A stretch of DNA of 64,000 bases from an uncultured Chloroflexia bacterium (GTDB lineage: Bacteria > Chloroflexota > Limnocylindria > Limnocylindrales > CSP1-4). Position 1 is the stretch's first letter; each line of letters starts with the position of its first letter. This document shows, one piece after another, positions 50,624 through 59,736 of the stretch. The stretch is from contig CAWHXD010000008.1 of NCBI GenBank assembly GCA_963833225.1, positions 576,001 to 640,000 of the forward strand, in the 5' to 3' direction. The notes beneath the pieces were generated by a model, which did not search any database, had not been told where the DNA came from, and worked only from the letters and a program-made list of their open reading frames with translations. Both the position numbers and the translations under genes were made by a program.

Positions 50624-53536
50624 ATGCCATCCAGCGCCAACCGCCCGACCGAGGGCAAGCCCGCGCGACCCAGGGAGGCCCGGTTCGCGGCGATCGTCGC
50701 CGAGCCGCCGGGTCCCGGTCTCGGCCGCGCCCGCGACCTGGTGCGACGGGAGGTCGGCCTCCTGGGCTCGCTGCTCGGGCAGGTCGTCGCGGAGCAGGCC
50801 GGACGCGACCTGTTCCTGCTGGTGGAGCGGATCCGGCGGCGGATGATCGCGTTCCGCCGCGGCGACCCCACGCTGGTCTTCGAGCCGGACGCGGAACGGC
50901 GACGGCTCGACGCCGAGATCGCGTCCCTCTCGATCGAGCAGCTCGCCGCCGTGGGCCGGGCATTCACCATCTACTTCCAGCTGATCAACCTGGCCGAGGA
51001 GCGGCAGCGGATCCGGACGCTGCGGACCCGGGCCCGGCGGGCCCGCGGCCGCCCCATCGACGAGTCCATCGGCGAGGCCGTGGCGACGCTGGGTGCGGCG
51101 CATGGCCGGGCGGGGGTTGCCCAGATCCTCGAGCGAACCCGGATCCACCCGGTCCTGACCGCGCACCCGACCGAGGCACGGCGACGGACGCTGCTGGTCG
51201 CCCAGCGCCGGATCCGGCGGCTCCTGGACCACCTCGACGATCCGCTGATCACGCCCGACGAGGACGCCGACGTGCGGCGGCGGCTCCGAGAGGAGATCTC
51301 GCTCCTGTGGCACACCGCCGAGATCCGCACGATCGCGCCCACGTCGCTTGACGAGGTCCGTTCGGAGCTCGCGATCTTCGACGAGACCCTGTTCGTCGCG
51401 GTCCCGCGCTTCCAGCGGGCCGTGGATCGCGCGCTCGACGCGCTCGACCCGGCAGCCGCCCGCGGCTCCAGCGGCGCGGTCGCCACCGATGCCGGGCGGA
51501 CCGGGACGCGGCCCGCCGAAGCCCCGGCCCTGCTCCGCCTGGGCTCGTGGATCGGGGCGGACCGTGACGGCCATCCGGGCGTGACCTCGGACGTGACGCT
51601 CCAGGCCGCCCGCCTCCAGGCGGACCACCTGCTGCGCGGCTACGAGGCCGTGTGCACGCGGCTGATGCAGACCGTCGCGGCGCGCCTGCCGGCCTCGCGC
51701 CTCGATCGGGCGCTGGACACGGCCCTCGTGCGCGACGCCGAGGACCTCGGCGACACCGCCCGCCATCTCCGGCGCCGGTTCCCGGACGAGCCGTACCGGC
51801 AGCACCTGGGGGCGGTCGCCGAGCGCCTGCGCCGCACGCGCGCCGCGCTCACCGGCGAGACGGCCCCACGCGCCGGCAGCTACCGCGACGCCGCCGCCTT
51901 CGACGCCGACCTGGCGATGCTCCAGACGGCCCTCGTCGCCGACGGCCTCGCCCGCGTCGCCTTTGGCGAGCTGGCCGATCTCCGCTGGCAGGTCGCGACG
52001 TTCGGGTTCCATCTCGCCTCGCTCGAGGTTCGCCAGCACGCCGGTGTCCACCGCGACGCGCTGCGCGCGCTGGACAGCGGGGCCGACCCCGAGACCGAGA
52101 TCACAAGCGGCGTGCCGCTCGCCGAGGTGCTCGCCACGTTCCGGTCCATCGCCCGCATCCAGGCCCGGTTCGGGGTCGAGGCGTGCCGGCGCTACGTGAT
52201 CAGCTTCACCACCTCGCCCGACGATGTCGCGAACGTCCTGGAGCTTGCCCGCCGAGCCGCGGACCCGGAGCCGTTCTCGCGTCCCGCGCCGGTGCTGGAC
52301 GAGCTCCCGCCGGGGCTGCCGATCCTGGACGTGGTCCCGTTGATCGAGTCGGCCGATGCGCTCTGGGGCGCGGGAGCCCTGCTCGAGGGGCTCCTCGCCG
52401 ACCCGCCGTATCGCGAGCACCTGCGGATCCGCGGCGACCGGCAGGAGGTGATGCTCGGCTACTCCGACTCGTCCAAGGAGAGCGGGTTCCTGGCGGCGAA
52501 CTGGCTCCTGTACCACGCCCAGGAGGCGCTGGTCCGGACCGCCCGTCGCCATGGCGTGGCGCTCACCCTGTTCCACGGGCGCGGTGGCGCGATCGGGCGG
52601 GGCGGTGGACCCGCGAACCGGGCCATCCTGGCCCAGGCCCCGGGATCCGTGGACGGCCGCCTCAAGTTCACCGAGCAGGGCGAGGTCATCGCCGCCCACT
52701 ACGCGGACGTCACGATCGCCCAGCGGCATCTCGAGCAGGTCACCGCGGCCGCGCTGTTGGCGTCGACGCCCGAGCACGAGCGCGAGACAGCGGAGGTCGC
52801 CGCCACGGGCGAGGTCGCGATGACGGAGCTGAGCGCGATCTCGCGCTCGGCCTACCGGACGCTCGTCGAGCACCCGGAGTTCGCGGCATTCTTCGGTGCG
52901 GCGACGCCCATCGCCCTGATCGGCGGCCTCGGTCTCGGGTCGCGGCCTTCCTCGCGACCGCGGGGTCGCTCCGCTGCCGGGGCCCCGCCCGACCTCGACA
53001 CGCTGCGGGCGATCCCGTGGGTCTTCGCCTGGTCGCAGGCGCGCGCGAACCTGCCCGGGTGGTACGGGCTGGGCACCGCCCTGGAAGCGGTGGTGGCGCG
53101 TGGCGGCCGCGAGGTCCTCGACCAGCTCACGGCCCTCTACCGGCGGTGGCCCTTCTTCACCTCCGTCATCGACAACGCCGAGCTCTCGCTGGCCAAGGCG
53201 GACATCGCCACCTTCCGCCGGTACGCGGCCCTGGCGGGCGGCGCCGAGGCGGTCGCCATCCGCGGGCTCATCGAGGCCGAGTACGGTCGATCGATCCGCC
53301 TCCTGCTCCAGGTGACCGGGAGCGACCGGCTGCTCGCGGGCCACCCGGGCCTCGCCCGCTCGATCGAGCTCCGGGCGCCCTACATCGACGCCCTCTCGGC
53401 CGTCCAGGTGGAGCTGCTTGGCCGCCTCCGGCAGGCGGAGGCCGGCGGGGCCGGGCCCGAGACGACCGCCCCGCTGCGCGGCGTCGTGGGTGCCACGATC
53501 AACGGCATCGCGGCGGGCCTGCAGAACACCGGCTAG
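50624..53536 (+). CDS. ppc: phosphoenolpyruvate carboxylase
   Basis: VLTAHPTE, GSWIGADRDG, QEVMLGYSDSSK, FHGRGGAIGRGGGP, LRAIPWVFAW, C-terminal GLQNTG. Confidence 0.97.
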   Translation: MPSSANRPTEGKPARPREARFAAIVAEPPGPGLGRARDLVRREVGLLGSLLGQVVAEQAGRDLFLLVERIRRRMIAFRRGDPTLVFEPDAERRRLDAEIASLSIEQLAAVGRAFTIYFQLINLAEERQRIRTLRTRARRARGRPIDESIGEAVATLGAAHGRAGVAQILERTRIHPVLTAHPTEARRRTLLVAQRRIRRLLDHLDDPLITPDEDADVRRRLREEISLLWHTAEIRTIAPTSLDEVRSELAIFDETLFVAVPRFQRAVDRALDALDPAAARGSSGAVATDAGRTGTRPAEAPALLRLGSWIGADRDGHPGVTSDVTLQAARLQADHLLRGYEAVCTRLMQTVAARLPASRLDRALDTALVRDAEDLGDTARHLRRRFPDEPYRQHLGAVAERLRRTRAALTGETAPRAGSYRDAAAFDADLAMLQTALVADGLARVAFGELADLRWQVATFGFHLASLEVRQHAGVHRDALRALDSGADPETEITSGVPLAEVLATFRSIARIQARFGVEACRRYVISFTTSPDDVANVLELARRAADPEPFSRPAPVLDELPPGLPILDVVPLIESADALWGAGALLEGLLADPPYREHLRIRGDRQEVMLGYSDSSKESGFLAANWLLYHAQEALVRTARRHGVALTLFHGRGGAIGRGGGPANRAILAQAPGSVDGRLKFTEQGEVIAAHYADVTIAQRHLEQVTAAALLASTPEHERETAEVAATGEVAMTELSAISRSAYRTLVEHPEFAAFFGAATPIALIGGLGLGSRPSSRPRGRSAAGAPPDLDTLRAIPWVFAWSQARANLPGWYGLGTALEAVVARGGREVLDQLTALYRRWPFFTSVIDNAELSLAKADIATFRRYAALAGGAEAVAIRGLIEAEYGRSIRLLLQVTGSDRLLAGHPGLARSIELRAPYIDALSAVQVELLGRLRQAEAGGAGPETTAPLRGVVGATINGIAAGLQNTG

Positions 53537-53598
53537 GCACGGCACCATTCCCGCAGGCACGCCAACCGGCGTGCGGCGAACGGATCCGGAGGCGGCTC

Positions 53599-54717
53599 GT
53601 GCGGGAGATCAGGGCAGCGGTCATCAACGCGGCCGGGGAACCCACGGCCATCGAGTCCCTGCTCCTCGATGATCCGGGGCCGGGCGAGGTCCTCGTGCGG
53701 ATGACGTCGGCCGGGGTCTGCCACTCCGACCTCCACGTGCGTGACGGGCACTGGAAGCGGCCGGGGCCCATCGTCATGGGCCACGAGGGGGCGTGCGTGA
53801 TCGAGGCCGTCGGGGCCGGGATCGACCCGGCGGTCGTCGGCCGCCAGGCGGCGCTGTCGTGGTACGCCCCGTGCCTCCGCTGCCGGGAGTGCCAGCGCGG
53901 GCGGCAGTGGCTGTGCTCCGGGTCGCCGTCGCTGCGCCACGCGCAGGCGGACGGCACGACGCGGCTCGCCCGGCCGGATGGGACACCGGTCCTCGCCTAC
54001 CTCTCCATCGGGACCATGGCGACCCACCAGGTGGTGCCCGCCTCGGCGGTCGTGCCGATGCCCGATGGCGTCCCGCCCGAGGTCGCGGCCCTCATCGGGT
54101 GCGGCGTGTCCACCGGCGTCGGTGCCGTGGTCAAGACCGCCGAGGTACCGGCCGGGTCCACCGTCGCGGTCATCGGCCTCGGCGGCGTGGGCCTCTCGTG
54201 CGTCATGGGCTCCGTGCTCGCGGGCGCCCGCCGGATCATCGCCGTCGACGTCAGCCGGGCCAAGCTCGACCTCGCCGGCGAGCTCGGCGCCACCCACTGG
54301 GTCCAGGCCGACGCCGCCGACCCGGCGGTGACCGTGGACGGGATCCGGAAGGCCGCGGCCGGCGATGGACCCGACTTCATCTTCGAGGCCATCGGCCTGC
54401 CGGACACGATCGCCCAGGCCATCGCCGCCCTGCCGCCTGGCGGAACCGCCGTGCTCGTCGGACTGACGCAGTTCGGGCAGGTCGCCGCGTTCGAGCCGTT
54501 CCCGTTCGTGGACGGCGGGAGGCGGATCCTGGGATCCAACTACGGGTCCTCGGTCGCGGCGATCGACTTCCCGCGGTATGCCGAGGCATACCTTGCCGGC
54601 CGGCTGCCGATCGGCAAGCTGATCGACCGGCGCCTGCCGCTCGACGACCTCGAGGACGCGTTCGACAGGCTTCGGGCCGGGGAGGTGGCGCGCCAGATGG
54701 TGATGTTCGAGGGTTAA
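53599..54717 (+). CDS. Zn-dependent alcohol dehydrogenase (MDR)
   Basis: GVCHSD, GHE, CxxCxxC...C, GCGVSTG, GLGGVG. Confidence 0.93.
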   Translation: MREIRAAVINAAGEPTAIESLLLDDPGPGEVLVRMTSAGVCHSDLHVRDGHWKRPGPIVMGHEGACVIEAVGAGIDPAVVGRQAALSWYAPCLRCRECQRGRQWLCSGSPSLRHAQADGTTRLARPDGTPVLAYLSIGTMATHQVVPASAVVPMPDGVPPEVAALIGCGVSTGVGAVVKTAEVPAGSTVAVIGLGGVGLSCVMGSVLAGARRIIAVDVSRAKLDLAGELGATHWVQADAADPAVTVDGIRKAAAGDGPDFIFEAIGLPDTIAQAIAALPPGGTAVLVGLTQFGQVAAFEPFPFVDGGRRILGSNYGSSVAAIDFPRYAEAYLAGRLPIGKLIDRRLPLDDLEDAFDRLRAGEVARQMVMFEG

Positions 54718-54980
54718 GGCGCCGAGCGTGTCGGGCATGCCGCTGGGCGCCGCCAGCTGGATCAAGGCCACGCTGCTCGGGATTGGCCTGGGCGCTGCCG
54801 GGTCGATCGGCCTCGGGGTTCTTGGCGCCGGCTCCGGGCTCACGCTCCTTGTGGCTTGGCTGGCCAGGGCGGGCGGGCACGCGGCGCGGGCACGCGGCAG
54901 GGGGCGGGCACGCGGCGCGGGGCAGGCACCCCACCGGGCGTGCACGCGGCGCGGGGTGGGCATGCCACCACCGCCAAATG

Positions 54981-55116
54981 CACCTGATATCGCTCCCGAC
55001 TGATCCAGCAACGGGCGACAGCTCCCGGAGGGCCGCAATATCACCTCGGACCGCTACAGCGACCGTGACGGGACGCGGCGGCCGTTGCTACACCGGTGGG
55101 GACTGATATCTGGCGC
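54981..55116. repeat. ~135-bp element copy A with GATATC-containing inverted ends
   Basis: Aligns along its length with 55955-56090. Confidence 0.75.
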
Positions 55117-55236
55117 AATGTGCCGGGGTGCAAGCGAGCGTCGGGCCCGGCTCGGGTCGCGGGGCGCGGCCGGGTCGACGCGACTGGCCCTGGCCCGCAT
55201 AAGCCCCAGGTAAGGGACCAACCTCACCGTGTCCCC

Positions 55237-55977
55237 ATGACACCGGAGTCCATCGGGAGGGCACTGGCCGCGCTGCGCCTGCGGGCCGGCATGCGACAGG
55301 TCGACCTGGCGATGCGCGTGGACATCGGCCAGTCGTCGGTCTCGGCGGTCGAGCGCGGCCACCTCGACGCGGTGTCCGTTCGCACGCTGGGGCGCCTGCT
55401 CGGCGAGCTGGGCGCGGAGCTGGTATTGAGCGTCCGATGGCAGGGCGGCGAGCTGGACCGGCTGCTCGACCGCGCCCACGCGGAGCTGGTCGAGCGGGTC
55501 GCACGTCGTCTCGCGGCCCTGGGCTGGGAGGTGTTCGTCGAGGTCTCGTTCTCCCGCTACGGCGAGCGCGGCTCCGTGGACGTGATGGGCTGGCACGCCG
55601 CGACGCGAACCGCGCTCATCGTCGAGGTGAAGAGCGAGATCGCGGGCGTCGAGGACACGCTCCGGCGCCACGATGTGAAGGTGCGCCTCGCGCCGCACAT
55701 CGTGTTCGATCGCCTTGGTGAGCGACCGTCCCGGGTCGCACGGCTGCTGGTCCTGCCGGATACGTCAACGACCCGGCGTCGGCTTGCCGAGCACGAGTCC
55801 ACGTTCAGGCGCGCCTATCCCATCCGCGGCCGGGCTGTGACCCGGTGGCTGGCTCGTCCCAACGGCGTCCTGGCTGGGATCCTCCTGGAGCGGGGCCTGC
55901 GGGACGGCGGGCGGCGTCGACGACGTGTTTCGCGGCGCCGGACACCGGCGGACACACCGGATATCAGCGCCGCGTGA
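55237..55977 (+). CDS. XRE-HTH + PD-(D/E)XK-like nuclease fusion
   Basis: LRLRAGMRQVDLA..IGQSSVSAVERG (HTH); EVSF..GERGSVDV...IVEVKSE (E-D-ExK). Confidence 0.8.
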   Translation: MTPESIGRALAALRLRAGMRQVDLAMRVDIGQSSVSAVERGHLDAVSVRTLGRLLGELGAELVLSVRWQGGELDRLLDRAHAELVERVARRLAALGWEVFVEVSFSRYGERGSVDVMGWHAATRTALIVEVKSEIAGVEDTLRRHDVKVRLAPHIVFDRLGERPSRVARLLVLPDTSTTRRRLAEHESTFRRAYPIRGRAVTRWLARPNGVLAGILLERGLRDGGRRRRRVSRRRTPADTPDISAA

Positions 55978-56090
55978 TCCAACGACGGTGGACGGGCGCT
56001 GGACGGCCACAACATCATCCGGAGCTGCTGGAGAGGCCGTCCGGGGCGAAAAGGCGGTTGCTGTAGCGGTGGGGACTGATATCCGGCGGC
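55955..56090. repeat. ~135-bp element copy B, overlapping the gene stop
   Basis: caccggatatc...tgatcc...ggccacaacatca...gttgctgtagcggtggggactgatatccggcg. Confidence 0.75.
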
Positions 56091-56197
56091 GGGACCCGAT
56101 CTCCGGCGGCACCGGCGGCGGCGGGACCCGATCTCCGGCGGCACCGGCCGCGCCCGCCGGCCGCCGGCGCCGGCCAACCGCCCGCCGACCGCCCGGG

Positions 56198-57589
56198 CTA
56201 CTCCGGCGGCTCCGGCCGCTCGATCGGCAGGACCTGCGGGGCACCGGTGATCAGCCGCGTCGACCGCCCACGGGTCAGGAACGACCACGCCCAGCGCACG
56301 GTCACGACGATCCGGTTGGCGAACCCGATCAGGTACACGATGTGGATCCCCAGCCACAGCGCCCAGGCCACGAACCCGCCCTGGCGCCCGAACGGGCCCA
56401 TCCAGCCGATGTTGGTCACGCCCCGCAGCCGGCCGATGACCGCCACGTCGCCCGGGTCCCGGTAGTGGAACGGCTTGATCGGCATGCCACGGAGCCGGGC
56501 CGCCACGAGCCGGCCGGCGTACTTGCCGCCCTGGATCCCGCCCTGGGCGACCCCCGGCACGGACCGGCCGTCCTTCCACGGCTGCACGGCCGCATCCCCG
56601 ACCACGATGATCTCGGGGTGACCCGGGACGGTCAGGTCGGGGCCCACGAGGATCCGCCCGGACCGGTCCGTCTCGGCGCCGAGCGCTTCGGCGACGGATC
56701 GCCCGAATGACGCCGCGAGCACGCCCGCCGCCCACAGCACCGTTCGCGCCCGGATCTCCTCGATCCCGCCCGCGTCCTCCACGCGGACGAACGAGTCGCC
56801 GATGTCGATCACGCGGGTCCCCGTCCGCACGGTGACGCCAAGGCGCTCCAGCTGCTGCTTCGCTGACGCGGATCGGTCCGGCGGGTACATCGGCAAGACC
56901 CGGTCGAGCGCCTCGATCAGCTCGATCCGTGCGTCCTGGGGGTGGATCGAGCGGAAGTCGGACCGGAGCGTGTCGTTCGCGATCTCGCCGAGCGCGCCGG
57001 CCAGCTCCACTCCCGTCGGCCCGCCACCCACGAGCACGAACGTCATCCACTCGCGCCGCCGCACCGGGTCCATCTCGCGCTCGGCCGCCTCGAACGCGAT
57101 CAGGATCCGCCGCCGGATCTCCGTGGCGTCGTCGATGGTCTTGAGACCCGGAGCGAACGGCGCCCACTCGTCATGTCCGAAGTAGGCGTGGCGCGCGCCG
57201 GTGGCGACGACCAGGGTGTCGTACGGGAGCCCAAGGCCGTCCTTGAACCCGACGACCCGGGCATCAGGGTCAATCCCCGTTGCCTCGCCCAGCAGCACGG
57301 TCGTGTTGCGTTGCCGGCGGAAGATCGAGCGCAGCGGCTGCGCGATGTCCCCCGGCGACAGCGCGCCGGTCGCCACCTGGTAGAGCAGCGGCTGGAACAG
57401 GTGGTGGTTCCGCCGGTCAACCAGCGCCACGGCGACCGCGTCACCGGCCTTGCGCAGCTCCCGGGCAGCGTAGAGCCCGGCGAAGCCGCCGCCGACGATG
57501 ACGACGCGGTGCGGGCGTGGCGTGCCCGCTGGTCGGCGTCCAGGCGCGACGGGTGCGGGTGCGACGGAGGCGGGGACGGGCTGGGACAC
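56198..57589 (-). CDS. ndh: type II NADH dehydrogenase
   Basis: VVIVGGGFAG, HLFQPLLYQVATG, VGGGPTGVELAG, LWAAGV, WLGIHIVYL. Confidence 0.93.
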   Translation of the reverse strand: MSQPVPASVAPAPVAPGRRPAGTPRPHRVVIVGGGFAGLYAARELRKAGDAVAVALVDRRNHHLFQPLLYQVATGALSPGDIAQPLRSIFRRQRNTTVLLGEATGIDPDARVVGFKDGLGLPYDTLVVATGARHAYFGHDEWAPFAPGLKTIDDATEIRRRILIAFEAAEREMDPVRRREWMTFVLVGGGPTGVELAGALGEIANDTLRSDFRSIHPQDARIELIEALDRVLPMYPPDRSASAKQQLERLGVTVRTGTRVIDIGDSFVRVEDAGGIEEIRARTVLWAAGVLAASFGRSVAEALGAETDRSGRILVGPDLTVPGHPEIIVVGDAAVQPWKDGRSVPGVAQGGIQGGKYAGRLVAARLRGMPIKPFHYRDPGDVAVIGRLRGVTNIGWMGPFGRQGGFVAWALWLGIHIVYLIGFANRIVVTVRWAWSFLTRGRSTRLITGAPQVLPIERPEPPE

Positions 57590-57764
57590 GCCCAGATGGT
57601 AACCGGCAAGCGGGCTCTCCCGCGGCCGTGACGCGCTCCCGCATCGCGGCCCGTTCCTCGTCGGTGAACCCCTCGGCAGCCTCGTCGATCCCGGCGGTGC
57701 GCGTCCCTCGCGCCCGGCTGCTCTTACGGTCGTGTGGTCATGCGCGGATCGCGCGGCGATCCGC

Positions 57765-59735
57765 CTAGGGCACGGTCACCGTGGTGGCGGCAAGTGGACC
57801 ACGATCGTCACCGATGCCGTCGATGACGATGCTGTAGGTCAGGCCGGACGCGAGGCAGCCCACGGCCACGGTCCCGGAGCCCGCAGGCCCGGTCGCCTCC
57901 AGCACGCCGTCGAGGGTCAGCCCGCCATCGGGCGTCACGCCGGATTCGGTCGGGAACGCGCGCACGGCCACGCTCTCCTCACCGATGCCAACGAGCTCAT
58001 AGGTCACGTTCGCGCTGGTGCAGGCGCTGGACGCGGGCGCAAGCGCCACCTGGTCGAGGCAGAACCCGGTGCCGCCAAACGTCGCCGATTCGTCGCAGGA
58101 CGCGCCCGCGAGCTGATCGAGCCTGACCATCGGCCGCAGGAAGGCGTCGGCGGCAACGTGGGAGTAGGGCGAGAGACCCGTGCCGGCCTCGAACAATGGC
58201 GAGGCGACCGCGGCGAGCGACACGTCGAACGTCTTGACGCCACTGCCGGTGGTGAACGAGCCGATCCCGCTCGACCCGGCGAAGACCCCGCTCCCGGCCA
58301 CGGCCTGGAAGTCGTAGGTCGTCGCGGCCTGGACATCGAGCTCGGCGAGCACCATCGGGGTTCCGAACAGGGTGACGCCGGTGATCGAAGTGGCGGTGTG
58401 CACGTTGGCGGGGCTCTCGCCGTGGACCCAGAACTTGACGTCGGACGTGGTTGGTGGGTCGACGGTGAACCCGACGATCGCCTTGTTGGCACGGTCGGAG
58501 TCGACGAACAGGACGTTGACGGTTGGCCCCAGCTTGAGCTGCAGCAGGGGTGGATCCCCGGACACGAAGATGGCCTCGAGGCCCGTCGGGCAGCCGGACA
58601 GGCTCGGGCTCACGATGCAGATGTCGAACACCGGGCTGACCAGGATGCTGTCCCTCAGCCCGCCCGCCACGGGGGGCGCCGCCGGGCTGGCAACCTCGAG
58701 GCCGATGTCGCCGGGCTCCACCGGCAGGAACCCTGACGGCACGGGTACCGGCGTGGCACCGGGGTCCACCGAGGGCGGGGCGCTGGCGGAGGGATTCGGG
58801 GAGGAGCCGGGGCCGTGCGGGCCGGAGCTGTCGGCAGGAATGGGCACGACATCCGGACCCACCACGTCGGGGGCCACGCCGCCGGGCGGGAAGGCCCACA
58901 TCGCCGGGATCCGGCCGCCGCCGAACGCCGTCCCGAACGCATCCACGACCGAGGCCGGCCACCAGTCGCCCTTGTAGCCCGAGTGCGGCCGACCCAGCGG
59001 ATCGATCACGTAGTAGGCCTCGGGGATGCCGCGCTTGGCGTTGCCCGGGTAGTAGCCGTCGAGGTAGATCGCGTGGCCGCCGGTGAAGTCCTTCTGGAGA
59101 CGGAGGCCCGCGGGGATCTCGCCGTAGATGCCCTGGATCACGGCGCCGTAGCCGTGGGCGAGCAGGTCCTTGAGCTGCTGCGGGCGCAGGAGGCCGGTGG
59201 GCGCCGACACGCCGTATCCGCGCCACAGGGCCGCCTTCAGGTCGTTGAGGCCCGTGCCGCCGTCCTGGTCGTCCTGGAGCGTCCGGAGCACCGACCCGTT
59301 GGTGACGATGCCGAAGGCGAGCCGGGCGAGCATCGAGCCCGAGGCGAGGGTGCAGTTGGCGCCCTGGAACGGCCCGCCGTCGAACTGGGTGATGGGGTCG
59401 ATCCGCGGGAAGCCGGTGGGATCCTTGAACACCGCCGGCTCCACGCCCTGGCCGGGGTCGCCCGCACCCAGGATCGCCGCCGCCGCCGCGCTCAGGTCCC
59501 CGGGATCGAGCGAGGCCAGCGCGACCGGGTCGCTGGCGGGTTCGGCATCAAAGGCCGCGATGGCTGGGGCGTCGCCTGCGATGGGGGTGTCGGCACCGCC
59601 CAGGAGGTACTCGGGTGCCGTGCCGGCGGTCGAGTGGGGCGACCGATCCTGCATGGCGCCGACGACGACGCTCGCAACGACGAAGCCGAGGACGGCGCTG
59701 ACGACGAACGCCAGGAGTCGGAGGATCCAGCTCAT
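57765..59735 (-). CDS. membrane-anchored protein with C39-like (papain-fold) peptidase domain and beta-rich tail
   Basis: N-terminal TM; QFDG..ANCTLASGSM, GGHAIYLDGY, YVIDP (Q/C/H/D arrangement). Confidence 0.65.
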   Translation of the reverse strand: MSWILRLLAFVVSAVLGFVVASVVVGAMQDRSPHSTAGTAPEYLLGGADTPIAGDAPAIAAFDAEPASDPVALASLDPGDLSAAAAAILGAGDPGQGVEPAVFKDPTGFPRIDPITQFDGGPFQGANCTLASGSMLARLAFGIVTNGSVLRTLQDDQDGGTGLNDLKAALWRGYGVSAPTGLLRPQQLKDLLAHGYGAVIQGIYGEIPAGLRLQKDFTGGHAIYLDGYYPGNAKRGIPEAYYVIDPLGRPHSGYKGDWWPASVVDAFGTAFGGGRIPAMWAFPPGGVAPDVVGPDVVPIPADSSGPHGPGSSPNPSASAPPSVDPGATPVPVPSGFLPVEPGDIGLEVASPAAPPVAGGLRDSILVSPVFDICIVSPSLSGCPTGLEAIFVSGDPPLLQLKLGPTVNVLFVDSDRANKAIVGFTVDPPTTSDVKFWVHGESPANVHTATSITGVTLFGTPMVLAELDVQAATTYDFQAVAGSGVFAGSSGIGSFTTGSGVKTFDVSLAAVASPLFEAGTGLSPYSHVAADAFLRPMVRLDQLAGASCDESATFGGTGFCLDQVALAPASSACTSANVTYELVGIGEESVAVRAFPTESGVTPDGGLTLDGVLEATGPAGSGTVAVGCLASGLTYSIVIDGIGDDRGPLAATTVTVP

Positions 59736-59736
59736 C

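Noticed and set aside
48255-53560. Very long alternative ORFs (863 aa +, 1013 aa -) and similar ORFs elsewhere
   Set aside because: They are antisense shadows of real genes in high-GC DNA and have no recognisable motifs.
56084-56145. Short tandem duplication (ccggcggcgggacccgatctccggcggca x2); similar ones at 29773-29823 and 39671-39712
   Set aside because: Simple slippage duplications with no further structure.
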